Below, one piece after another: positions 49,398-57,945 of a DNA stretch of 63,757 nucleotides; position 1 is the stretch's first letter; the number at the start of each line of letters is the position of its first letter. Both the position numbers and the translations under genes were made by a program. The notes under the pieces are model-generated. The model was not told the origin of the DNA. It saw nothing but the letters and a program-made list of their open reading frames with translations, and did not search any database. The stretch is taken from NCBI GenBank assembly GCA_003557505.1, contig PWOH01000029.1, forward strand, positions 1 through 63,757, read 5' to 3'. The stretch is from Mollicutes bacterium. GTDB lineage: Bacteria > Bacillota_I > Bacilli_A > Izemoplasmatales > Izemoplasmataceae.

Positions 49398-50408
49398 ATG
49401 AGACCACAACTCATTCACAATGTTATTAAAGGATTTGCGTTACGAAAAGACAGTTCCATTGCAATTAACTTTTGGGGCAGTGATGATGCGCTTTTAAACC
49501 AGATTGAAAAAGCCTTACGTCATAATAATCATGATGTGATTAACCATCAAGTTGATCTTGAACGCATTAAAACCTTAGCCGAAGATAATGCTTTACTGAT
49601 TGATGAAGAAACATTATCAAAATTGGTGGCCGCTGACAATGCCATCGATATTTTTACGCATCCTGTCAAAATGCCAGAGGGGTTTCCTCAAGATAAAATC
49701 GATGATTATAAAATGTATCTGGGAAAACTGTTTCAAGCGATGAAAAGCGGTAAAGAAAAATTTATTCAGTGGCGTTTACCGACTGAAGGTAATGCCACAG
49801 CGATTGATAGTGATACTTATATAGAAGCCGTGCAACGCGCGAGTATGGTCGATTATGACAAATTAAAAAGAATGGCCTATAGTGTCGAACAATTTGTAAC
49901 GGATAAGAAGAAAGTCCGTATTATGGCGAAGGGTACCGACCTTACTTTCTATATCAGTGATGTTAAATGGTTTAAAGACATCGGTGATGGCGATGTTCCT
50001 GCCGGAGAAATTGCCTGTGTTCCTCACCTTGCAGATGCAAATGGACATTTACATGTCCCGTTCGTTGCTTTCCAGCAACTCACCTTTTACAATCTTGATT
50101 TCACCATCAAAGATGGCGTGTTTTCTACAACCGATGATGCCTTTAATGAATTTTTGGAAAAGTTCAGTGGTGATGCAAATGTGTTGGCTGAGTTTGGGAT
50201 TGGGCTAAATGGCGCGATTCAATCATTGATAGGTAATCAATTACATGATGAGAAAAAACTTAATACTGTGCACCTTGGCATTGGAACCAATGCGATGTTC
50301 AACGGACCCAACAAAAGTGATCTACATTTTGATTTTGTGATTGAACCTACCGAGGTCATCATGGATGAAGCATATTTGATTAAAGATAATGCGATTCGTT
50401 TAAAATAA
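49398..50408 (+). CDS. Aminopeptidase, M29 (AmpS/PepS)-like
   Basis: 336 aa. Contains PAGEIACVP, VHLGIGTN and DLHFDFVI, resembling M29 metal-ligand blocks. Assigned from memory of the family. Confidence 0.6.
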   Translation: MRPQLIHNVIKGFALRKDSSIAINFWGSDDALLNQIEKALRHNNHDVINHQVDLERIKTLAEDNALLIDEETLSKLVAADNAIDIFTHPVKMPEGFPQDKIDDYKMYLGKLFQAMKSGKEKFIQWRLPTEGNATAIDSDTYIEAVQRASMVDYDKLKRMAYSVEQFVTDKKKVRIMAKGTDLTFYISDVKWFKDIGDGDVPAGEIACVPHLADANGHLHVPFVAFQQLTFYNLDFTIKDGVFSTTDDAFNEFLEKFSGDANVLAEFGIGLNGAIQSLIGNQLHDEKKLNTVHLGIGTNAMFNGPNKSDLHFDFVIEPTEVIMDEAYLIKDNAIRLK

Positions 50409-50447
50409 AAAGTGGATAGCCATCCAAATGATGGTTTATCCACTTTT
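50407..50447. terminator. Bidirectional terminator between the aminopeptidase gene and dut
   Basis: AAAAGTGGATA...TATCCACTTTT long hairpin with an inner CCATC/GATGG stem. Confidence 0.8.
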
Positions 50448-50888
50448 TTATCCTGTTGATCCAAATCCGCCTTCTCGTTTTTTCCCGTTTCCTGTGTCAT
50501 TGGAAACTTTTAGGAATTTCTCAAAAATACCTTGGGCGATTCGTGTGCCTTTTTTTAAAGTCACCGGTTGGTCACGGAAGTTGATCAATTGAATGAAAAT
50601 TGCGCCGTCATTATCTTTATTGCCATAATAATCCCCATCGATAATGCCGACGTTATTGGGTATAGTCAGTCCGTATTTGACGGGTAAAGAACTTCTTGGA
50701 AATATTTTTAAGACTTCATCATCTTGCATATAAGCTTTTATGCCTGTTTTGGCGAGAGCGATTTCACCAGGATTGATAAATAATGTCTCACAAATTGCGA
50801 AATCATAACCGGCACTTTGCATTGTGCCGCGCTCAGGCAAGTTCACTTGCTTGTTTGAATATCCTTTTGCAATTTCAAAACCACGCAT
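50448..50888 (-). CDS. dut: dUTP diphosphatase (trimeric type)
   Basis: 146 aa. SAGYDF, GIIDGDY and C-terminal GFGSTG motifs. Confidence 0.94.
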   Translation of the reverse strand: MRGFEIAKGYSNKQVNLPERGTMQSAGYDFAICETLFINPGEIALAKTGIKAYMQDDEVLKIFPRSSLPVKYGLTIPNNVGIIDGDYYGNKDNDGAIFIQLINFRDQPVTLKKGTRIAQGIFEKFLKVSNDTGNGKKREGGFGSTG

Positions 50889-51016
50889 TTAATCAGTCCT
50901 TTCTAAATCATATTATAGCATAGAAAATCGCCTGTGCTTCAACGGATATTATTTTAGTCTTATGTCAGTTTATGGTAATATGTTTATAGTATTCAGAAAG
51001 AAATGAGGTGTGAAAT

Positions 51017-51619
51017 ATGCTTAAAAAACGATATCGTAAGGCTCTGAAGTATAGTTATGGGCGCTGTGACGATTGTGATGATTTTGTGATTGGTGTTGGC
51101 GTTCAACATTATGGTGAGTTGTTTCATCGTTTTGATTCTTCGCCACTTTACAAACGTGATTTAAACCCTGAGTTAATCAACTATCTTGAAGAAGCCCGTC
51201 AGGCTATTCCTTTTAAGGATACTGTGCACCTTGAAATCAATGCGGCAGAGATTCCTGAAAATGATGAAACCGAAGCTCATGTGATCGAAGCGATGAAAAA
51301 CGCTTTTACGATAGAAGGCGATTTTATAGAACAGGAGCTTAGAAGTAACACAATTGAGTTTTCTACCTATTTGTTATTAAGTATTGTTTTTCTATTTTCT
51401 GTTTTTATTGTGCCTTATATCGAAGTGCCCAGTTTGTTGGGGTCGGTGTTAAGAGAAGGACTTTTTATTATGGTTTGGGTGTTTTTATGGCAAGCTTTCT
51501 CACTGTTTTTCTTTTCACGTTTAGAGATATATCGTCGCCGTAAGCGATTTAAATCACTGGCGAAAATGGATATCTTTTTTAAACATCGTGTGGATGAGTT
51601 AAAAAACCTTGAAGGTTAA
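51017..51619 (+). CDS. Hypothetical membrane protein
   Basis: 200 aa. Soluble N-terminal half followed by two TM helices. GAGGTG RBS. Confidence 0.6.
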   Translation: MLKKRYRKALKYSYGRCDDCDDFVIGVGVQHYGELFHRFDSSPLYKRDLNPELINYLEEARQAIPFKDTVHLEINAAEIPENDETEAHVIEAMKNAFTIEGDFIEQELRSNTIEFSTYLLLSIVFLFSVFIVPYIEVPSLLGSVLREGLFIMVWVFLWQAFSLFFFSRLEIYRRRKRFKSLAKMDIFFKHRVDELKNLEG

Positions 51620-51680
51620 TTAAAAATATAAATAGGCCTTGAATTTTAAGACAATATACCATAAACTATTCATGTAAAAC

Positions 51681-51818
51681 ATAGGTGCAAAATCAACAGG
51701 GAATTGGGTGAGAATCCCAAGCTGTCCCAGCAACCGTAATACGGACGAAATGCGTTTAACCACTGCTAAAGCGGGAAGATGCAAAGTAGGATGATGTCGA
51801 GCCGGTAGACCTACCTAT
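51681..51818 (+). promoter_or_regulatory. Cobalamin (B12) riboswitch aptamer
   Basis: ATAGGTGC..AGGGAA..GGTGAGAATCC..GCTGTCCCAGCAACCGTAA..CCACTG (B12 box)..GGGAAG..GAGCCGGTAGACCTACCTAT. The P1 stem pairs ATAGGT with ACCTAT. Possible promoter: TTGAAT (51639-51644), 17-nt spacer, TAAACT. Confidence 0.85.
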
Positions 51819-51929
51819 GATTTTTACGACTTACACTCCTGGGAAAGAGTTGTAACGTTGTCTTATGTGTGGTGAATACCGTAGTAGTTTTCTATTTCGT
51901 GTTTCACGCATTTATAGATAAACGTATAC

Positions 51930-51957
51930 ACCGTCCGGGAGGATGGTTTTTTTATTT
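51930..51957 (+). terminator. Riboswitch expression-platform terminator
   Basis: ACCGTCC-ggga-GGATGGT hairpin followed by a T7 run, 27 nt before the ATG at 51984. Confidence 0.65.
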
Positions 51958-51983
51958 TCATACACTTAAAAGGAGGCAACATA

Positions 51984-53282
51984 ATGAAAAAACTATTCTC
52001 TATCGGTCTTTTGGTGATCTTGATGGCTTTAGGTGCATGCACTGCAGATACAGAGCCCAATGATTCATTACAAGAAGATATTGAACAACTGCAACAACAA
52101 GTTTCATCGTTACAAGATGTTTTAGGGGACAAAGGAGATTCTATTGATGCGATGCAAAGTGAGATTGATGCATTGCACACAGAAATTGGTGCGCTTCAAT
52201 CGGAAATTGATGATCTTAAATCCCTTTACTATGATGGCAGTGTCGTCTTTTCGTACGAATTTGACAGCAGTGTTAAAGCACAAAGTGTTAATTATAGAGT
52301 ATCTGATGAACTCAGCGCTTTTGACTTACTAAGTGAAGCGTTTGACATTGAGTATACTGAATTCGAATGGGGCAATATGTTAAATGCGGTTGGTGCGTTA
52401 GATGCACCTTATGGCAGTTTTCTACATATCGCGAAGAACGGAACCGCTCTTGATGTAGGATTGTCTGATGCGACGTATGAAGATGGTGATCATTTCCATG
52501 TTGAAAGACAATGGTTTGATGACACCGCACATCAGTTATATGATGCGATTACGTTATTTACCGATAATCAACTGGATAACTATCTAGATGATGAAGACGG
52601 TAATTTGTCAGTGTTATCCGGATTATATCTCATGCATTACGAAGATTTTTCGCTGGTTTTAACCGATGAAGATGATTTAGAAAGTGTTGGTGAATACCAA
52701 CAAGGAATCATCAAACGTATGGTTTTAGGACAAAGTTTTGAGGCATTGCAAGATGATCTAGCGGCCCTTGATAACCCAACACATCTCTACCCTGCAAGTC
52801 TAAATGTCTTTGCCTTGCAAGGGCATGAGAGTTTTGATAATTATGCAAGTGACTTTTTAGATAAAGTTAACAATGCAGACTTTGAAACCATGGATCATGA
52901 TTCGCTGGTACTTGCGGCTTTTGCGCTTGAGTTAATCGATCACGAAGATGCCCGAGCGTATTACGATGATATCGTAGCGTATGTCTATGACAATCCTTAT
53001 GATTATTATTACGGTAAAAACTCGGTTAGCCTCGGATTAGTAATGATGCTTCTGAGTTATGAAGGTATTGCACTTGATCATGAGGATTTGATGCAAGACA
53101 ATCAAACGATTTTAGAAGTGTTCTTATCTTATCAATCAGATAATGGCGGTTTTTATTATACTGCCGATGATGAAACCATTGATGCGAATTTCTCTACACC
53201 GCAAGGCTTTTTAGCACTAAGTTATACGTATGCCGTTTATAGTGGGGAAGATGTCTTGCCGTTTGTTGTGATTGAGCAATGA
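51984..53282 (+). CDS. Surface lipoprotein: coiled-coil stalk + DUF4430-like domain + alpha/alpha-toroid (prenyltransferase-repeat-like) domain; putative corrinoid-binding protein
   Basis: 432 aa. Lipobox LGAC. Heptad region between residues ~26 and 80. DUF4430-like block (YGSFLHIAKNGTALDVGLSDATYEDGDHFHV). C-terminal repeated helices plus QSDNGGFYY. AAGGAGG RBS. Downstream of the B12 riboswitch. Confidence 0.8.
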   Translation: MKKLFSIGLLVILMALGACTADTEPNDSLQEDIEQLQQQVSSLQDVLGDKGDSIDAMQSEIDALHTEIGALQSEIDDLKSLYYDGSVVFSYEFDSSVKAQSVNYRVSDELSAFDLLSEAFDIEYTEFEWGNMLNAVGALDAPYGSFLHIAKNGTALDVGLSDATYEDGDHFHVERQWFDDTAHQLYDAITLFTDNQLDNYLDDEDGNLSVLSGLYLMHYEDFSLVLTDEDDLESVGEYQQGIIKRMVLGQSFEALQDDLAALDNPTHLYPASLNVFALQGHESFDNYASDFLDKVNNADFETMDHDSLVLAAFALELIDHEDARAYYDDIVAYVYDNPYDYYYGKNSVSLGLVMMLLSYEGIALDHEDLMQDNQTILEVFLSYQSDNGGFYYTADDETIDANFSTPQGFLALSYTYAVYSGEDVLPFVVIEQ

Positions 53283-53668
53283 AATTAAAGGTCGTTCTCT
53301 CGATTGTGGTGCTTATTGGCGTTATTCTCAGTTTCGCATTGTTTTCACCATTTTCTGCGGATTCAGAGGGGTCCGTTCAGATTATTGTTCGTGATTCTGA
53401 TACCATTGTTGTGATTGATGAGTGGGTTGATTTCTATGAAGGGGATAATCTATACCGACTCCTCGATAGAAACTACACCATTGAAACATCTGACCGATAT
53501 GGGACTTCTTATGGCCGATTATTGCTATCAATTGAGGGTATCGATACTAATTTTGAACAAACTTTTATACATATTAGTAAGGATGGAGTGAGTGCTAACC
53601 GAGGCATTGATAATATTGCTTTGGAAGATGGCTCTACCTATGAATTTGAAGTAAGAGTTCCACATTGA
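53279..53668 (+). CDS. Membrane-anchored DUF4430-like protein
   Basis: 129 aa. N-terminal hydrophobic anchor. Contains YGRLLLSIEGI...FIHISKDGVSANRGIDNIALEDGSTYEF. ATGA overlap with the upstream gene. Confidence 0.8.
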   Translation: MKLKVVLSIVVLIGVILSFALFSPFSADSEGSVQIIVRDSDTIVVIDEWVDFYEGDNLYRLLDRNYTIETSDRYGTSYGRLLLSIEGIDTNFEQTFIHISKDGVSANRGIDNIALEDGSTYEFEVRVPH

Positions 53669-53682
53669 AAGGTGGTGTAAGG

Positions 53683-54219
53683 ATGACTTCACTACGACGA
53701 ACGATTGTTTTGGCAATGAGTGTTACGATTCTCTTTGTTCAAGAACAACTCTTAACGTTTATTCCTAACGTACAATTTACAACCTTGTTGATTGTGTTAT
53801 TTGCGTCGCTTTATACGCTGCGTGAAAACATCCTCATCATCTTTGTTCATGTTATATTAGATTCGCTTTACATGGGGGCGTTCAATCCACTTTACATGAC
53901 ACCGATGTTTTTAGGATGGGTCATGATACCGTTGCTTTATAATACGGTTCTGGGCCGGACAAAAAATGAAGTGAAACTCGCGATTTTCGGATTGTTTATG
54001 GGGTTTGTATATGGATGGATGTTTATTCCATTTGTAATGTTTCAGCTCGGTATCTCACAGTTTTGGCCTTACTTATTGGCTGATATTCCGTTTGAAATTA
54101 TTATGGCAACGTCCAACTTCTTTACGGTGTTATGGTTGTATCAACCATTGTACCGTGTGCTAAGACGCGAACTAGACAATTTGGAACTTGCGGTTGTGCC
54201 ACTTAGCCGACATGGTTAA
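53683..54219 (+). CDS. Small 5-6 TM protein, ECF-transporter S-component-like (candidate CbrT-type B12 S component)
   Basis: 178 aa. Third gene of the riboswitch operon. ATG at 53683 follows AAGGTGGTG. The ORF track starts at an in-frame TTG at 53665. Confidence 0.7.
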   Translation: MTSLRRTIVLAMSVTILFVQEQLLTFIPNVQFTTLLIVLFASLYTLRENILIIFVHVILDSLYMGAFNPLYMTPMFLGWVMIPLLYNTVLGRTKNEVKLAIFGLFMGFVYGWMFIPFVMFQLGISQFWPYLLADIPFEIIMATSNFFTVLWLYQPLYRVLRRELDNLELAVVPLSRHG

Positions 54220-54229
54220 AAACCCAATA

Positions 54230-54257
54230 AAAACACTTGCTATGCAGGTGTTTTTTT
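54230..54257 (+). terminator. Terminator after the B12 operon
   Basis: AACACTTGC-tat-GCAGGTGTT hairpin followed by a T7 run. Confidence 0.8.
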
Positions 54258-54391
54258 GTTATACTACTTAATGCCGTAAAATACACACACAAATAGAGTC
54301 TATTGTTCGGAGCCTTAAAGGATTAAGGTGGGCATAGATGAGGACGTTTGTGGAGGCCAAAAAATCAAAAATAATAGGAGGACAATGTATT

Positions 54392-55486
54392 ATGGCAGTA
54401 GTATCTATGAAACAATTACTAGAGTCAGGTGTTCATTTCGGTCACCAGACACGCAGATGGAACCCTAAAATGGCTAAGTATATCTATACGAAGCGTAACG
54501 GGATTCACATCATCGATCTTCAACAAACCGTGCAATATATTGATGACGCGTATAAGCGTTTGAATGATATTGCAAGTGACGGTGGGAAACTTCTTATTGT
54601 AGGGACGAAAAAGCAAGCACACGACGCAGTTGTGGATGCCGCTAAACGTTCTGATCAATTCTATGTTTCTAAACGTTGGTTGGGTGGAACCTTGACAAAC
54701 TTTAAAACCATCCGTAAATCAATTCGTCGTTTACATCAAATTACCCAATGGGAAAAAGATGGAACGTTCGAAAGACTTCCTAAAAAGGAAAGAGTTGAAC
54801 TTCGCAAAGAACTTGCAAGACTTGAAATGTTCCTTGGCGGAATCAAAGAAATGCGTACTTTACCAGATGCGATTTTCATCGTAGACCCACGTAAAGAACA
54901 CAACGCAATTCGTGAAGCACGAAAGCTTAACATTCCAATTTTTGGGATGGTAGACACGAACTGTGATCCTGATGAAATTGACTACATTATCCCTGCAAAC
55001 GATGATGCAATTCGTTCAATTAAAGTCATTGTTAATAAAATGGCTGACGCGATGATCGAAGGATCTGGCGGACAAGCGCAACAACAAGATGCGCCTAAAC
55101 AAGCACAACCACAAAAGCAAGCACAAAAACAAGCACAACCACAACGTAAAGAAAGACCATCAGCGACAAAAGCTGATTTGAAAAAGAAAATGGATTCTTC
55201 AGCCGCTAAATCAGAAGCAAAACCAGCACCAAAAGCTGAAGCAAAACCAGCACCAAAAGCAGAAGCAAAACCAGCACCAAAAGCAGAAGCAAAACCAGCA
55301 CCAAAAGCTGAGAAAAAAACACAACCAAAAACTGAAACTAAAAAAGTTGAAGCGTCACAACCTAAAAAGGAAACTGTTGACCTTGAAAGTAAAACAGTTA
55401 GTGAACTTCGTCAACTTGCAAAAGATAAAGGGCTGTCTGGTTACTCAAAATTGAGAAAAGCTGAACTTATTGAAGCTTTGAAATAA
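54392..55486 (+). CDS. rpsB: 30S ribosomal protein S2 with a ~140-aa C-terminal extension
   Basis: Begins [33 protein letters not shown] at 54376-54381. The core ends near 55060. It is followed by a Q/A/P/K-rich repeat region and an HeH-like end. Confidence 0.95.
   Translation: MAVVSMKQLLESGVHFGHQTRRWNPKMAKYIYTKRNGIHIIDLQQTVQYIDDAYKRLNDIASDGGKLLIVGTKKQAHDAVVDAAKRSDQFYVSKRWLGGTLTNFKTIRKSIRRLHQITQWEKDGTFERLPKKERVELRKELARLEMFLGGIKEMRTLPDAIFIVDPRKEHNAIREARKLNIPIFGMVDTNCDPDEIDYIIPANDDAIRSIKVIVNKMADAMIEGSGGQAQQQDAPKQAQPQKQAQKQAQPQRKERPSATKADLKKKMDSSAAKSEAKPAPKAEAKPAPKAEAKPAPKAEAKPAPKAEKKTQPKTETKKVEASQPKKETVDLESKTVSELRQLAKDKGLSGYSKLRKAELIEALK
55214..55309 (+). repeat. 4 x 24-bp tandem repeat inside rpsB (encodes EAKPAPKA x4)
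   Basis: GAAGCAAAACCAGCACCAAAAGC(T/A) repeated head-to-tail four times. The copies differ only at the last (third-codon) position. Confidence 0.95.
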
Positions 55487-55488
55487 TT

Positions 55489-55517
55489 AATAGAGAGCGC
55501 TTTGCTCTCTATTTTTT
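55489..55517 (+). terminator. Rho-independent terminator after rpsB
   Basis: TAGAGAGC-gcttt-GCTCTCTA hairpin followed by a T6 run. Confidence 0.85.
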
Positions 55518-55600
55518 AGAAAAAGACTATTCACGTTTTATAAATCAAAAAATATATGTTAAAATTATTACGATATAACACAACAATGGAGGTTATTGAT

Positions 55601-56473
55601 ATGGCAATCAAAGCAGCAGATGTAAAAGCATTACGAGATAAAACTGGTGCAGGGATGATGGACTGCAAAAAAGCGTTAAAAGAAACCGATGGTGATTTAG
55701 AAAAAGCTGTCGATTATCTGAGAGAAAAAGGAATTTCTAAAGCCGCTAAAAAAGCGGACAGAATTGCAGCTGAAGGGCTAACTAATGTTAAATCTAGCGG
55801 GGATAGAGCCGTTATTTATGAATTAAACAGTGAGACTGACTTCGTTGCGAAAAACGATCAATTCAAGAATCTGATTGAAGAAATTGGCGATGCCATTCTT
55901 GCTTCAGACGCTAAAACGTATGAAGAAGCACTTCAAGTAGACATCAATGGACAAAAAATGGAAGATAAAATCGTTGAAGCAACGGCTAAAATCGGTGAAA
56001 AGCTTACACTTCGTCGTGTAGTTATTGTTGAAAAAAGCAGTGACCAAGTCTTTGGTGAATATGTGCACATGGGTGGAAAAATTGCTGCACTTAGTATCTT
56101 ACAAGGTGGCAATGAAAATGTCGCGAAAGATGTTTCTATGCACGTGGCTGCGATTAATCCACGTTATTTGAAGAGTGATGAAATTAGTGAAGAAGTTATC
56201 GCACATGAACGCGAAGTCCTTCGCAATGAAGCATTAAACGAAGGAAAACCAGAACATATCGTCGATAAGATGGTTGAAGGCCGTCTTAACAAATTCCTTA
56301 AAGAAATCTGTTTGGTTAACCAACCATTCGTCAAAAATCCAGATTTGACTGTTGAAAACTTTGTTAAAGAATCGGGCGCTAAGGTCGTTGCCTTTGAACG
56401 TCTTGAAGTTGGCGAAGGTATTGAGAAAAAAAGTGAAGATTTCGCTAGCGAAGTTAAATCGCAAATGTCATAA
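55601..56473 (+). CDS. tsf: Elongation factor Ts
   Basis: Begins [31 protein letters not shown] lies 8 nt upstream. Confidence 0.97.
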   Translation: MAIKAADVKALRDKTGAGMMDCKKALKETDGDLEKAVDYLREKGISKAAKKADRIAAEGLTNVKSSGDRAVIYELNSETDFVAKNDQFKNLIEEIGDAILASDAKTYEEALQVDINGQKMEDKIVEATAKIGEKLTLRRVVIVEKSSDQVFGEYVHMGGKIAALSILQGGNENVAKDVSMHVAAINPRYLKSDEISEEVIAHEREVLRNEALNEGKPEHIVDKMVEGRLNKFLKEICLVNQPFVKNPDLTVENFVKESGAKVVAFERLEVGEGIEKKSEDFASEVKSQMS

Positions 56474-56478
56474 ATTAT

Positions 56479-56510
56479 CTTAGGACACTTTTTTTCGTGT
56501 CCTAAGTTTT
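56479..56510 (+). terminator. Rho-independent terminator after tsf
   Basis: CTTAGGACAC-tttttttc-GTGTCCTAAG hairpin followed by a T4 run. Confidence 0.8.
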
Positions 56511-56529
56511 ATAGTTAGGGGAGAAACAC

Positions 56530-57243
56530 ATGGAGAAGAAAAAAAGGCTGATTATCAAACTCAGTGGTGAAGCACTTTCTTCACAAAACGGAAAAAGCAT
56601 CGATCCGCTTAGAGTTAGGGAAATTGCTGAAGAAATCAAAGATGCTTATGATTTGGGACTATTCGAAATTGGTATAATAGTCGGCGGTGGCAATATATGG
56701 CGCGGTAAAACTGCGAGCGAAATGGGGATGGAACGAAGCAGTGCTGATTACATGGGCATGATCGCAACCATTATGAACGCACTTGCCCTTCAAAATGCCC
56801 TTGAAACACTGGGTGTTGAAACCAGAACGATGACCAGCTTGAATATTCCTCAAGTCGCAGAACCATACATCAGAAGAAAAGCAATCAGTAATCTTGAAAA
56901 AGGTATGATTGTCATCTTTGGGGGCGGAACAGGGAATCCTTATTTCTCAACCGATACAACCAGTGCACTAAGAGCTGCCGAGATCGGCGCTAAAACTATT
57001 TTGATGGCGAAAAATGGTACGGATGGTGTGTATGACTTTGATCCGAAAGCGAATAAAGCAGCGAAAAAGTTCGAGCGTTTAACTCATCATGAAGTACTTG
57101 AAAATCGTTTAGAAGTCATGGATAGTACTGCCGCAGCACTATGTAAGGATAATGAAATTGAAATTGTCGTCTTTGATATGAATATCAAAGGCAATATCAA
57201 GCGGGCTGCGCTTGGTGAAAATATAGGGACCGTAATAAGCTAG
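56530..57243 (+). CDS. pyrH: UMP kinase
   Basis: 237 aa. KLSGEAL and VGGGNIWRG motifs. Confidence 0.96.
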   Translation: MEKKKRLIIKLSGEALSSQNGKSIDPLRVREIAEEIKDAYDLGLFEIGIIVGGGNIWRGKTASEMGMERSSADYMGMIATIMNALALQNALETLGVETRTMTSLNIPQVAEPYIRRKAISNLEKGMIVIFGGGTGNPYFSTDTTSALRAAEIGAKTILMAKNGTDGVYDFDPKANKAAKKFERLTHHEVLENRLEVMDSTAAALCKDNEIEIVVFDMNIKGNIKRAALGENIGTVIS

Positions 57244-57254
57244 GAGGATATGAA

Positions 57255-57812
57255 ATGATTGATGAAACAATGTTAGAAACAGAAGAGAAAATGGAAAAAT
57301 CGGTGGACTCCTTTTATCATGAACTTGCTAGAGTTCGTACCGGTCGCGCCAATCCGGCGATGCTTGATCCAGTGAGAGTCGATTACTACGGGGCGAAAAC
57401 ACCACTTAATCAAGTTGCTGGCGTTTCCACACCTGAGGCGAATCAACTGCTTGTAAAACCATATGACAAAAGTATTATCAAGGATGTCGAAAAGGCAATT
57501 ATGGCAGCGAACCTTGGGCTTACACCAAACAACGAAGGCGAACAAATTCGTATTGTTTTACCACAATTGAACGAAGAACGTAGAAAACAACTTGTCAAAC
57601 AAGTAAAGGAAATCGCGGAAGAATCACGTGTTAAAGTTCGTAATGCACGTCGTGAAGCCAACGAAGCGATTAAAAAAGCCGAAAAAGCTGGTGAACTGAC
57701 AGAAGATGACTCTAAAAGTTATCAAGAAGATGTGCAAAAACTGACAGACGATCACATTAAAAAAATTGACGAATCACTCAAAAACAAAGAAGAAGATTTA
57801 CTTTCTGTTTAA
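57255..57812 (+). CDS. frr: Ribosome recycling factor
   Basis: 185 aa. Contains VRTGRANPAMLD. Confidence 0.97.
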   Translation: MIDETMLETEEKMEKSVDSFYHELARVRTGRANPAMLDPVRVDYYGAKTPLNQVAGVSTPEANQLLVKPYDKSIIKDVEKAIMAANLGLTPNNEGEQIRIVLPQLNEERRKQLVKQVKEIAEESRVKVRNARREANEAIKKAEKAGELTEDDSKSYQEDVQKLTDDHIKKIDESLKNKEEDLLSV

Positions 57813-57813
57813 G

Positions 57814-57838
57814 AAAAACCACTTCGGTGGTTTTTTTC
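57814..57838 (+). terminator. Rho-independent terminator after frr
   Basis: AAAAACCAC-ttcg-GTGGTTTTT hairpin followed by a T run. Confidence 0.88.
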
Positions 57839-57945
57839 TTAATCCATTTTTACATAGAAAAAGCGCTAGGATTATTGTATAATAGTCCATGCATAAAACA
57901 ATATGCAGTCTCCATGCAGGATAAGGTAAGGGAGCGTTATAAATC

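Noticed and set aside
51863-52180. 105-aa minus-strand ORF and 64-aa plus-strand ORF overlapping the riboswitch expression platform and the lipoprotein start
   Set aside because: They overlap the terminator hairpin, the SD and the well-supported lipoprotein signal peptide. They have no RBS and the translations are Cys/Ser-rich noise.
55214-55309. Regular 24-bp repeats, considered as a mini CRISPR array or satellite
   Set aside because: The repeats are contiguous with no spacers, in frame inside rpsB, and encode EAKPAPKA units. This is a coding tandem repeat.
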